A stretch of 64,000 bases of DNA from Minisyncoccota bacterium. Lineage in GTDB: Bacteria; Patescibacteriota; Minisyncoccia; SW-4-49-11. The stretch lies in assembly GCA_032117235.1 (NCBI GenBank), contig JAULZW010000007.1, positions 4,091 to 68,090 on the forward strand, given 5' to 3'. The number at the start of each line of letters is the position of its first letter. Positions within the stretch are counted from its first letter, which is position 1. Positions 29,156 through 38,567 of this stretch are shown in pieces. Made by a program: the position numbers and the translations under genes. Under the pieces are notes generated by a model, which ran no database searches, had not been told where the DNA came from, and saw nothing but the letters and a program-made list of their open reading frames with translations.

Positions 29156-29227
29156 TGTCCGATCGTCTAATTGGTAGGACGACAGGTTTTGGTCCTGTTA
29201 ATCTAGGTTCGAGTCCTGGTCGGACAA
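29156..29227 (+). tRNA. tRNA-Gln(TTG)
   Basis: Acceptor TGTCCGA/TCGGACA, anticodon arm ACAGG-TTTTGGT-CCTGT, T loop TTCGAGT; CCA not encoded. Confidence 0.93.
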
Positions 29228-29235
29228 CATCTTAT

Positions 29236-29682
29236 TTATTGTAATCTATCTTTATCAAAGAAAAATGCCCACCATCTCTCTGGGTTAGTTTGTGCTGGTA
29301 TTCTATTTTCAGATTGAGGGTCTCTTAGTATAGATATTAACTCTTCATTGCTTAAATTAGCTGTAATTGAACCTGGAGTAATCATCACTACTTCTTCTCC
29401 TGATTTTTTAAGATCTAACTTTTGTTTAGCTTCTCTTTCTTGATAAGCTGAAGTACTAATATATTCTTTAATCTTTTCTAGAGAGGCCGTGTCTTGCTTA
29501 ATTCTTTCAACCTGTTTGAGTAATTCTTGTTTCTCTAATTCTCTTGTATATTTTATTTTATATATATTTAATATTCTAATACTCAAAAATATAATTATAC
29601 CTATCAAAGCCAAAGTTATCAATCCATTTTTAATATTTTTTTTGGGTTTAGTTTTAGATTGATTGTATACTCTTTTCCTCAT
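29236..29682 (-). CDS. Septum formation initiator (FtsB/DivIC family)
   Basis: TM, coiled coil, EREAKQKLDLKKSGEEVV, NPERWW. Confidence 0.85.
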   Translation of the reverse strand: MRKRVYNQSKTKPKKNIKNGLITLALIGIIIFLSIRILNIYKIKYTRELEKQELLKQVERIKQDTASLEKIKEYISTSAYQEREAKQKLDLKKSGEEVVMITPGSITANLSNEELISILRDPQSENRIPAQTNPERWWAFFFDKDRLQ

Positions 29683-29690
29683 ATTCTATA

Positions 29691-30941
29691 TTAATAACCA
29701 CAAGTTGATGGATTAACCGCAGCTCCTTTTGGACTGGACCCAACTCTTAATGAATTAGGTAAATAAATTGTAAAATGCAAATGCGGTCCAGTAGCAAAAC
29801 CAGTATCCCCAATATCTCCTATGCGGTCTCCTCTATTAACTGTCTGACCATTAGACACTCTTTGCTGACTAAGATGTCCATAAAGTGAAAAGTAACCATC
29901 AGTATGCTTGATTACAACCCATTTACCATAAGAATCATCATTGAACCCTACACTAACTATACTACCTGAGGACGTAGCATAAACTGGGGTACCTGTTGGG
30001 GCACCAATATCTATCCCATTATGTCCTGCTCCTCTATAAGCTCCTGATTTAGCAAAAGGAGTCATTCCAAAACCTTGAGTAATTCTTCCTCCCTGTACAG
30101 GCCAAGCGTAGCCACGAGCCGAACAAACGGTTCCTCCTCCTCTTCCAAATTGTCTTAACAAAGCTGCTTCTGCATTCGCTAATTCTACCGCAGTGGATTT
30201 TCGTCGTTCTTCTAAGGACTTTTGTTGAGAGTTTAAACTATTTAGACTAGCACTTAGTTGATTTACTGTTATTTCTGAGGCTTTAGCTTTGTTTTGTACA
30301 CTGTTTTTACTATTCTCAATGGACTCTTTAGTATCTTCTAATGCACCTTGTGTTGAAGCTAAGGTAGCTTTTTGATTAGCTAAATTTTGATTAGTAATAT
30401 CTAAAGAAGTTTTCTTCTCTATAACCTCATCCAATAATGTCTGTATTTTCATCTGAACAGTATTGGAATACTCAATAAAACTAAAGACATCAGATAATTT
30501 ATCTGCACTAACTACGGCTACAACTTCATTGCGAACTAAAGAACTTTTATAAAGACTCTCTACTAAACTTTTAATTGTATCTTTATTAGAAGATATTTCG
30601 GCTTCTAATTCTTGTATATTTTTAGTGGTTTGCTGAATATTATTATCCGTCTCATTAATTTTCTGCCCCACCTCTACCAGTTGACCTTGTAGCTTTTTAA
30701 TGTCTGAATTAATATTATTAATTTGTTGTTTCAGATTATTAACTTCTGCCTCTTTACTAGATTTTTGTTGAGCAGTTTGATTTTTTTTATTCTGAATATC
30801 TTGAATTTGTTTTTCTAACTGTTTGATTTGAGCGTTTTTAGAATTAATTTCAGATTGACTAACTGCTGAAACGAAAGATACTTTTTGTATAAAAACAAAG
30901 CTTAAAATTATAGCAAAACTGAGTATATATCTTAATTTCAT
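29691..30941 (-). CDS. Coiled-coil M23 peptidase (EnvC-like architecture, catalytic residues intact)
   Basis: Signal peptide, coiled coil, HNGID, YGHL, GPHLHF. Confidence 0.9.
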   Translation of the reverse strand: MKLRYILSFAIILSFVFIQKVSFVSAVSQSEINSKNAQIKQLEKQIQDIQNKKNQTAQQKSSKEAEVNNLKQQINNINSDIKKLQGQLVEVGQKINETDNNIQQTTKNIQELEAEISSNKDTIKSLVESLYKSSLVRNEVVAVVSADKLSDVFSFIEYSNTVQMKIQTLLDEVIEKKTSLDITNQNLANQKATLASTQGALEDTKESIENSKNSVQNKAKASEITVNQLSASLNSLNSQQKSLEERRKSTAVELANAEAALLRQFGRGGGTVCSARGYAWPVQGGRITQGFGMTPFAKSGAYRGAGHNGIDIGAPTGTPVYATSSGSIVSVGFNDDSYGKWVVIKHTDGYFSLYGHLSQQRVSNGQTVNRGDRIGDIGDTGFATGPHLHFTIYLPNSLRVGSSPKGAAVNPSTCGY

Positions 30942-30989
30942 ATTGTATTAGATTTGTTATAAAAATATTAATAAAATATTTTTATTTTC

Positions 30990-32420
30990 CTAAGAGAGTA
31001 GTTTAACCGCATATTGTATGCGACGAATTGATTCATCTTTTCCTAATATGGCTATCATTTCAAATGGGGACGGTGACTTTTCTCTACCTGACAAGGAGAC
31101 TCTCAACGGCCATAAAATCTCTCCCATTTGTTTATTTTCTGCTTGTATATTATGTTTTATAAAGTTCTCAATTTCAGATGTCTCAATATCTTTTATATTA
31201 TACAATAATCTTTGACTACACTCAAGACTAGCTCTAATTTGCTCCTTATTCATCTCTTTATAAACTAATATTTGAGGGTTATAGATTGGTTGTTTCCAAA
31301 AAAAGTCTATCTCCTTGCCTATATCTGAGAATTTTTTGATTCGCTGTATTTCAAGTTTTATAATTTGAGTTAATTGTTTTTCAGTCCACTGACTAAGCTC
31401 AAAACCATTTTTAATTAAATATTGTCTACCTAACTCTAATTGCTTTTCTTGGCTTAATTGCCTGATATAATGGGAGTTGATTGAGTCTAACTTTTGAATA
31501 TTGAATATAGCCCCACTTTTTTGCACTCGCTTCAAACTAAACTTCGCGATTATTTCACCTAAAGTATAGTACTCTCTATCGTTGCCTTCATTCCAACCTA
31601 ACAAAGCTAAGAAATTGACTAGAGCTTCAGGTAAATATCCTTGTTCTCTATATTCTCTGATTGAGGTAGCTCCGAATCTTTTTGACATTTTGGATTTATC
31701 TGGAGCTAAAATTAGTGGTAAATGAGCGAATTGCTTAGGCTTAAACCCTAAAGCCTGATTAATTAATATCTGCTTTGGGGTGTTAGCAATATGATCATCT
31801 CCTCTAATAATATGTGTTATTTGCATTAACTCATCATCTATCACCACTACAAAATTATATAGTGGATAGCCTAAATTCTTAGCTATCACAAAATCTCCTA
31901 AAAGTGAGTTATCGAATTCTATTTTACCTCTTATTTTATCTTCAAAAATAATTTTACTGTCTGGCACTTTGAATCTAAGCACTGATTGCTCAGTTGGTTC
32001 AACTTTTTGCTCTCTATATGGAGACCTTAGCACAAATTGTTTATTGGCTTGTTCGGCTTCCATTTTCATTGTCTCTAATTCTGTCTCTGTCAAATTACAC
32101 CAATAAGCATCTCCTCTAGCTATTAATTGCTCTAAATATGGTTTGTACGTATTGCTTCTATGACTTTGGCGATATGGTCCTAAATCCCCCAATTCACCCT
32201 TGGATGAAACACCTTCATCTGGAATTAAACCTAGCCACTCTAAGCCTTCAACAATATCTTGTTCTGATTCTTTAGTAGACCTTGCAATGTCTGTGTCTTC
32301 AATTCTAATTATAAATTTTCCTTGTTGATTTTTGGCATATAAATAATTAAATAAGGCAGTTCTAGCTGTTCCTATGTGTAAATTACCTGTCGGAGAAGGA
32401 GCTATTCTAGTTTTTATCAT
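30990..32420 (-). CDS. gltX: Glutamate--tRNA ligase
   Basis: RIAPSPTGNLHIG, RIEDTD, KMSKR. Confidence 0.97.
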   Translation of the reverse strand: MIKTRIAPSPTGNLHIGTARTALFNYLYAKNQQGKFIIRIEDTDIARSTKESEQDIVEGLEWLGLIPDEGVSSKGELGDLGPYRQSHRSNTYKPYLEQLIARGDAYWCNLTETELETMKMEAEQANKQFVLRSPYREQKVEPTEQSVLRFKVPDSKIIFEDKIRGKIEFDNSLLGDFVIAKNLGYPLYNFVVVIDDELMQITHIIRGDDHIANTPKQILINQALGFKPKQFAHLPLILAPDKSKMSKRFGATSIREYREQGYLPEALVNFLALLGWNEGNDREYYTLGEIIAKFSLKRVQKSGAIFNIQKLDSINSHYIRQLSQEKQLELGRQYLIKNGFELSQWTEKQLTQIIKLEIQRIKKFSDIGKEIDFFWKQPIYNPQILVYKEMNKEQIRASLECSQRLLYNIKDIETSEIENFIKHNIQAENKQMGEILWPLRVSLSGREKSPSPFEMIAILGKDESIRRIQYAVKLLS

Positions 32421-32462
32421 AAACTTAATTTTATAATTCTGATTATATTATAGCATATATAT

Positions 32463-33323
32463 TTACTTTCGTATAAAGTTGAAAGTGTCTCTTAATATCA
32501 ATCCTGTTATAAAAATACTTGATAACATATACACTAATCCTCTACCCAATATACTTTTATAATACCATTTTACAAAATATCTATTAAATCCTCTTTGCCA
32601 ATATAATCTTTTACTGATATTCCATAATTTTTTGGTACTTGCTCCATGATAATGGTACATTTTAGAATCGGCTAAATAATAGGTTCTATGACCTCTTGAT
32701 TGTAAATTTTTAGATAAATCTACATCATTGAAAAATAACCAATAATCCGAATTACCATCAAATCCCCCTATTTCTTGCATAATTTGACTTCTAATCATAA
32801 TAGCTGAAGCCATTGGTTGCTCACATTCTTGGCTTTGAGTATAGTCAAAATCATCATCCCACTTCAACTTTAAGATAGAATTTAATATATGCCTTAAAGT
32901 AGGTAATTTACGACAACTTTTTTGAATTTTACCGTCTGGATATTGTAATTGTGGAGCTACCATCGTATATTCAGGATGCTTATCTAGGTACTGAACTAGA
33001 TTATTTATACTGTATGGTTGTATTACAATATCTTGATTAAGCCAAAGAGTATATTCGCCTTCAATATACTCTAAAGCTACATTATTACCGACCGCATAAC
33101 CTAAATTAGCACTATTTTTTATAATATTTAGTTGAGCTTTATTTTTATCCCAATTTTGTTGTAAATTTTCTAAATATTCAATTGTATTATCTTTAGAAGC
33201 ATTGTCTACTATAATTAACTGGTAATATTCTGTATAATTTTTAATAATTGAATGTATACAGTTTTGTAAATCTTTTTGGTTATTCCAAGCTAAAATTACA
33301 ATAGATAATTTTGGTTGCTTCAT
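32463..33323 (-). CDS. Glycosyltransferase family 2
   Basis: LSIVILAWN, VDNASKD, LNQD, NDVDLS; start at ATG 33323 overlaps the upstream stop. Confidence 0.9.
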   Translation of the reverse strand: MKQPKLSIVILAWNNQKDLQNCIHSIIKNYTEYYQLIIVDNASKDNTIEYLENLQQNWDKNKAQLNIIKNSANLGYAVGNNVALEYIEGEYTLWLNQDIVIQPYSINNLVQYLDKHPEYTMVAPQLQYPDGKIQKSCRKLPTLRHILNSILKLKWDDDFDYTQSQECEQPMASAIMIRSQIMQEIGGFDGNSDYWLFFNDVDLSKNLQSRGHRTYYLADSKMYHYHGASTKKLWNISKRLYWQRGFNRYFVKWYYKSILGRGLVYMLSSIFITGLILRDTFNFIRK

Positions 33324-33997
33324 AGTGGAGATTTTATATAATCTTTCCAAATTTTAAATAATTCTCCAGTAGCTATTACATCTCTCATACAATATTCGGC
33401 TATTTGCTGATACTTTCCTTGATTAAATAGTTCTGGAACATCTAGTCCTGTAATACCTTCACTTTTAGGACTAATTATTCCAAATCTTTTACAAAAGTAA
33501 TCTAAATTAAATTTTTTAGTTGAATTATAAAATGTTAATTGGTCAAATAAATCTATATGCTCTTTATCTGAATAGCGATAAGGAATTAGATTTTTGGTAG
33601 GTTTGATTTTATGTACTGCAGATCTCATCAAAATATAGGGACAATCAAACCCTCTCCCATTAAAAGTTACAAAAGTATTATATTTTCGAATAGTAGCCCA
33701 AAATTTTTCCAATATTTCCGCCTCAGTACCTACTAGATAATGAACACTTTCCTTCTCATATCTTTCTTCTAAATTTCCTTCTGGAGCCTGTAAATAAACA
33801 CTTTTGATATCTTTGTCTGGATCATATAAGCCAATAGCTACAATTTGTCCAGTTAGTGGATATAAACCTAAAGTTGTTTTGACTATTTCTTGAGCTTCTT
33901 CTGTCTCAGCGTATTTTAATAAATACCTTTGTGTTTCTAGATCTATGGTATCCCAACTATCTCCAATGGTTTCTATATCAAAGACTAAATGTGACAT
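33320..33997 (-). CDS. PolB-like 3'-5' exonuclease (RNase H-like)
   Basis: FDIET, TFNGRGFD, YCMRDV. Confidence 0.88.
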   Translation of the reverse strand: MSHLVFDIETIGDSWDTIDLETQRYLLKYAETEEAQEIVKTTLGLYPLTGQIVAIGLYDPDKDIKSVYLQAPEGNLEERYEKESVHYLVGTEAEILEKFWATIRKYNTFVTFNGRGFDCPYILMRSAVHKIKPTKNLIPYRYSDKEHIDLFDQLTFYNSTKKFNLDYFCKRFGIISPKSEGITGLDVPELFNQGKYQQIAEYCMRDVIATGELFKIWKDYIKSPL

Positions 33998-34008
33998 ATA
34001 TCTGTATG

Positions 34009-34752
34009 TTATTTGTATTCTTGTATTATACTGTATTTTTGGATAAATTCATATATTTCATTAAATACTTCCAGTTTACGTCTATCTAAATTTACTAGAT
34101 GATATGAATCTTGTACCCTCATAATATGAATGTTGTTTGATGGGGTTTTTAGTCTTTTTTGGAATAGGGATAAATTATAATCAGGAACTATATGATCAGT
34201 TGTAGATTGAATTAAAAGTATAGGTAAATCTATATTCTGAACATATTTTTGTCTTATCTTCCTAGTTAACAAACATACTTGAGCTGCAGAGCTTATTGGA
34301 AAATATTTATAAGCACCTTTACGTGAAAGAGATATATTTTGTATTCTTTCGTCCGTAAAAGGATTCTTCCTATGTACTAGATATGGGATATATTTCAAAA
34401 AATAGGCAAAATAGCGTAATATAAAAGGTATCTTTATTTTAAGTGGAGTACCAATAGTAATCACTCCAGCTACTTTATACTTTGAAGCCAAATATAGTGC
34501 CAACTGTCCTCCCATAGACAAACCCCCAACAAAAATATAATCCCATTTTTTTACAACTTCTAAATAAGTTTCTTCTGCTTGTTTTAACCAGTCCTCATGT
34601 GTGACTCCGTGCAAATCTGATGGTTTAGTGTTATGCCCTTTGAGATTGATACTATGATACTCTATATTATATTGCTTTAGATACTCTATCATTTCCTGTA
34701 AGTCATCTTTTGTTGAAGCCCATGCTGGAAACCATAATACTCCTATTTTCAT
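34009..34752 (-). CDS. Alpha/beta-hydrolase carboxylesterase
   Basis: GLSMGG nucleophile, DHIV, SYH triad. Confidence 0.88.
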   Translation of the reverse strand: MKIGVLWFPAWASTKDDLQEMIEYLKQYNIEYHSINLKGHNTKPSDLHGVTHEDWLKQAEETYLEVVKKWDYIFVGGLSMGGQLALYLASKYKVAGVITIGTPLKIKIPFILRYFAYFLKYIPYLVHRKNPFTDERIQNISLSRKGAYKYFPISSAAQVCLLTRKIRQKYVQNIDLPILLIQSTTDHIVPDYNLSLFQKRLKTPSNNIHIMRVQDSYHLVNLDRRKLEVFNEIYEFIQKYSIIQEYK

Positions 34753-34760
34753 ATATTTAA

Positions 34761-35927
34761 TTAACCTTCAAAAGATCTAATATAATACATCATTTCTAAA
34801 TAAAATTGTAAGTTATGACGGCTCAAATACTCCATTGCATATTGTTCTTTGACATTATATAGATGCCTGATATAGGCTCGGCTATAATCTTGAGAGCCTT
34901 GCCATTCAGCGTAAGGATCAATTGTGCTAATATCTTCTCTATATATTAGATTTTGAATTTTGAGAATATCAAAGAATTTATTTACTGGAAGTCTAGCTTC
35001 ATTTTGAGTTTGCTGTAAATCTCTTAAATATTGATGTACCTCTTGCTCCTTATTAGCTGATTTCCAAATATAAACTGTTCCATGACGAGCTTCTCTAGTA
35101 GGGATAACACAATCAAACATATCCACTCCAAGTGAAGTAGCATAGGCTATCTCTTCAGGCTTACCAAGTCCCATCAAATATCGTGGTTTATCATCTGGTA
35201 AAAGAGGAGCCGTCCATTGTATAACTTTTAATACTTCTGCTCGTGATTCTCCCACTGAAACTCCACCAATAGCATATCCATCAAAACCAATGGTTTGCAA
35301 TTGACTTAAGCTTAATTTTCTTAAATCTTCATATACACCTCCCTGTACAATACCAAATAAAAGTGGTTTGGTATTATCTGGTCGAGGATTAGTTTTTAAC
35401 AACCTTTCTAATTCATCTTTGGACCTTTTTGCCCACCTAGTAGTTAATTCTAAAGATTTTAAGATATATTCTCTGGATGAACCTCCGGGAGGACATTCAT
35501 CTAAGACCATAATAATATCACTCCCTAGATAATACTGCGTACGAATTGACTCTTCTGGACTTAATAAATGTTCACTACCATCTATATGAGATCTAAAATA
35601 AACACCTTCTTCTGTAATTTTATTAATTTTAGATAAACTAAATACTTGAAAGCCTCCACTATCAGTTAAAATAGCCTTAGGCCAATTTGTAAACTGATGC
35701 AGACCTCCCAACTTATAGACCAACTCATATCCTGGCTTTAGATAAAGATGATAAGTATTCATCAATATAATATCTGTATTAAATTGAGAATTCATCTCTT
35801 GATTTCCAACTCCCCTAATACTACCTTTAGTAGCTACTGGCATAAAAAACGGTGTATGTAATTTACTATGTACAGCATCTAAAACTCCATGTCTTAAGTT
35901 ATAGCATTTATATTTAAGTTCAAACAT
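34761..35927 (-). CDS. tgt: tRNA-guanine transglycosylase
   Basis: FMPVAT, TDSGGFQVFSL, DEC, GIVQGG, DMFDCV. Confidence 0.96.
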   Translation of the reverse strand: MFELKYKCYNLRHGVLDAVHSKLHTPFFMPVATKGSIRGVGNQEMNSQFNTDIILMNTYHLYLKPGYELVYKLGGLHQFTNWPKAILTDSGGFQVFSLSKINKITEEGVYFRSHIDGSEHLLSPEESIRTQYYLGSDIIMVLDECPPGGSSREYILKSLELTTRWAKRSKDELERLLKTNPRPDNTKPLLFGIVQGGVYEDLRKLSLSQLQTIGFDGYAIGGVSVGESRAEVLKVIQWTAPLLPDDKPRYLMGLGKPEEIAYATSLGVDMFDCVIPTREARHGTVYIWKSANKEQEVHQYLRDLQQTQNEARLPVNKFFDILKIQNLIYREDISTIDPYAEWQGSQDYSRAYIRHLYNVKEQYAMEYLSRHNLQFYLEMMYYIRSFEG

Positions 35928-35929
35928 AA

Positions 35930-37816
35930 TTACTCCTCTACACTTATATCTCCACTGAAATCACTTACTGATGGTACATCTAAAATACCTGATAAATCTT
36001 TTCCTGTAAAGTCATCTTTCCCTGTATAGTTGATTCTACTTAGTAATTGTGGGGTTTTTCCTACTTGATTAATAGCAGGAGTAATTCCAATTTGAAACAC
36101 AGCTCTATATAAAGGCCTTAAAAGTCCAATATTAGCTGGGACTTTACCTAAATTCCAAGTAATTTCTTTGGTCCTCTCATTATAAGTTACTTCTCCATTA
36201 GTAGTAATTGTTTTACCAGTCCAACTGACATTGTCTGGTAAGGATGTTCTAAATGCAACTCCAGAAACATCGTTGGTTAAGTTTTGGACCTCTAAACTAA
36301 CTGAAAAAGTAGTTGTTTGGGCTAATTTCAACGGAATGGGTCCAGTATTAATAATGGAGCTATCTTTACTAACATAAGAGATTGTAGCTTTAGGTATAAT
36401 TCTAGTAGCTAATTTAACCTCACTGGAATTTCCTTGAATTAGTTTATTGACTCCTAATGTAGTAGGCACTTCATCACTTTCAAAAGTTACATTGGTTTTA
36501 ATAATATAATTCACATCTTGAAAGTTTTCAATAGGAATGTTTCTTTTTACAGGAATATTAAAGGTAACTTCTCCTTGTTCATTTGGACCAAAAGTTTTAA
36601 GTTGAGGGATGGTATTTGCTCTCCATATAATAGTATTTGTACTAGCATCGAAATCAGCACCTTTGGCATTTAATTTACTTAAATCTAATAACCTACTATC
36701 TAATTGAACTCGTAGAGAACCTTCCCCTATTCTGACTTGAGTATTATTCTTAAATGTAATATTATATTCTAAACTATCCCCCGCAGATACCACTCCAGTA
36801 TTAACTTTTTGCACAATATTGACATAAGGTGATCCAAGAGTAGTAGATTTTTGAGTATTAGAATAGAGAGTAAAAGCACCTTGTCTAGATTCTCCTATTT
36901 TAGCCTTTATAATTTTGATTTCTTGTTGACTACCACCTAAATTACCTGCTATAGTAAATTCATAAGAGGCTTTAGATTTTAAACTTGGAATTAAAAATAT
37001 GTTCTTTGAATTACCAGTAGCTGGGATTGTTGAGGAGGTAAAAGCAAATGTATCAGGATATTCTAATTGTAATTCTAAATTACTCAAATCATTATTCCCT
37101 TTGTTATTAACAGATATTACATAATTAACAGTATCGCCACTAACACTTTGTAGCGGAGCTTGAATGTCTACTATTACTGGGCTATCCGCAATTGTAGTTG
37201 CAAATTCAGTTTTAGAATCAAAACTAGAAGTTAATATCGTGGGTACATAATTTAGCGTAGCTTTAATAGTATGAATACTACCTAATTCACCTATTAATCT
37301 ACCTTTAATTATAATCTCTCCTTTAGAACGAGGACTTAATTCTGGTAATTCATATTCTCTAATTTCAGATTTAGTCTGACCCAGTATGTCTAAAGATGAG
37401 TCTATTAATGCATTTGGAACTTCTACTGTAATTTTTGTGTTTTTTAATGCTACTAGATTATCATTTCTGTATGTTAAAGTATATGAGACATCTTCTCCAG
37501 CTGAGACTTGATTAGAACCCGTAATTTCCAATATTACTCTTTTATCTGAGAATCTTTGTTGATTTAATTGATACAAGAAACCTATAATAATAGCAATACC
37601 CACTAATCCAGTTAAAATAATACTGTAAAGTGTGATTTTTTTCTTATGCTTTTGAAAAAAAGGTTGCTCTGGTTCCTCAACTGGCTTAAACTCAGTAGGG
37701 ATAGGGGCATTATGTTTAGCATAGACACTATATGGAGTATTATGAATTCTTTCTTTATCTAGCTCAGCTTGATTTTCTTTTTTATAAATTTTTTTCTCAA
37801 TCTCTTCTAATGTCAT
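35930..37816 (-). CDS. Membrane-anchored protein with tandem Ig-like (DUF11-like) domains
   Basis: Single TM followed by repeated beta-rich units (GEDVSYTLTYRN, GDTVNYVISVNN, GDSLEYNITFKN). Confidence 0.7.
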   Translation of the reverse strand: MTLEEIEKKIYKKENQAELDKERIHNTPYSVYAKHNAPIPTEFKPVEEPEQPFFQKHKKKITLYSIILTGLVGIAIIIGFLYQLNQQRFSDKRVILEITGSNQVSAGEDVSYTLTYRNDNLVALKNTKITVEVPNALIDSSLDILGQTKSEIREYELPELSPRSKGEIIIKGRLIGELGSIHTIKATLNYVPTILTSSFDSKTEFATTIADSPVIVDIQAPLQSVSGDTVNYVISVNNKGNNDLSNLELQLEYPDTFAFTSSTIPATGNSKNIFLIPSLKSKASYEFTIAGNLGGSQQEIKIIKAKIGESRQGAFTLYSNTQKSTTLGSPYVNIVQKVNTGVVSAGDSLEYNITFKNNTQVRIGEGSLRVQLDSRLLDLSKLNAKGADFDASTNTIIWRANTIPQLKTFGPNEQGEVTFNIPVKRNIPIENFQDVNYIIKTNVTFESDEVPTTLGVNKLIQGNSSEVKLATRIIPKATISYVSKDSSIINTGPIPLKLAQTTTFSVSLEVQNLTNDVSGVAFRTSLPDNVSWTGKTITTNGEVTYNERTKEITWNLGKVPANIGLLRPLYRAVFQIGITPAINQVGKTPQLLSRINYTGKDDFTGKDLSGILDVPSVSDFSGDISVEE

Positions 37817-37859
37817 ATGTTTATTTTATTTATATCTAAACTTAATTATATCATATTTA

Positions 37860-38564
37860 TTAAATAATATTCAAGGAATTGCTTTTTAAGCCATACCAAT
37901 GCAGTTGATGCTGTACAAGATTCCATGGAAACTCTTTAACTTCTATCCAAACACCTTTTTGCCATTGTCTCAATACATAAATCAAATCGCTATTGATAGA
38001 CATATAATCTTCAAATTCAGACTTTAACTCAGATACAACTAAACCTCCAGCACGAATACTAATACCAAAATCCTTTGATTTAGTAGCTCCAGTTACAACA
38101 CAATGTGATAAGTTTATCCCATACCCCAGAGTATACAATAATCTCATTAATAGCCATCCAATTAAAATCTGATACTGAATAGAATGTTTTTTCACTAAAT
38201 CTACATATTGTTCAATGCATTCAAAAACATTTATATCACTATGATTCTCATCAGTTAACTGATCTAAAAGTTCAAATATAATTCCCATCAAAGCAGTTGA
38301 TTTTAAATCTAAATATAAATCAGAATAAGAATCTATATCTTTAATAGCAATTAAGCGAGCAGTATTCCTTCCAATAATAAATTCTATCTCGGATTTTCCC
38401 CAATCATATAATCGATATTGTAGCTTTGAAGTTGGTTTCTTTATACCCTTTAATAGTAGGGTTTGTTTACCATAATTTTTTGTATAAAAAACCCCTAATC
38501 TATCCACATCAGGTAAATCTATTTGTTTAATTAAATAGGCCTCACTACCGTGTATAGTAGCCAT
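37860..38564 (-). CDS. recO: DNA repair protein RecO
   Basis: DRLGVFYTKNYGK..KGIKKPTSKL OB-fold pattern; LGY..LSHC. Confidence 0.85.
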   Translation of the reverse strand: MATIHGSEAYLIKQIDLPDVDRLGVFYTKNYGKQTLLLKGIKKPTSKLQYRLYDWGKSEIEFIIGRNTARLIAIKDIDSYSDLYLDLKSTALMGIIFELLDQLTDENHSDINVFECIEQYVDLVKKHSIQYQILIGWLLMRLLYTLGYGINLSHCVVTGATKSKDFGISIRAGGLVVSELKSEFEDYMSINSDLIYVLRQWQKGVWIEVKEFPWNLVQHQLHWYGLKSNSLNII

Positions 38565-38567
38565 AAA

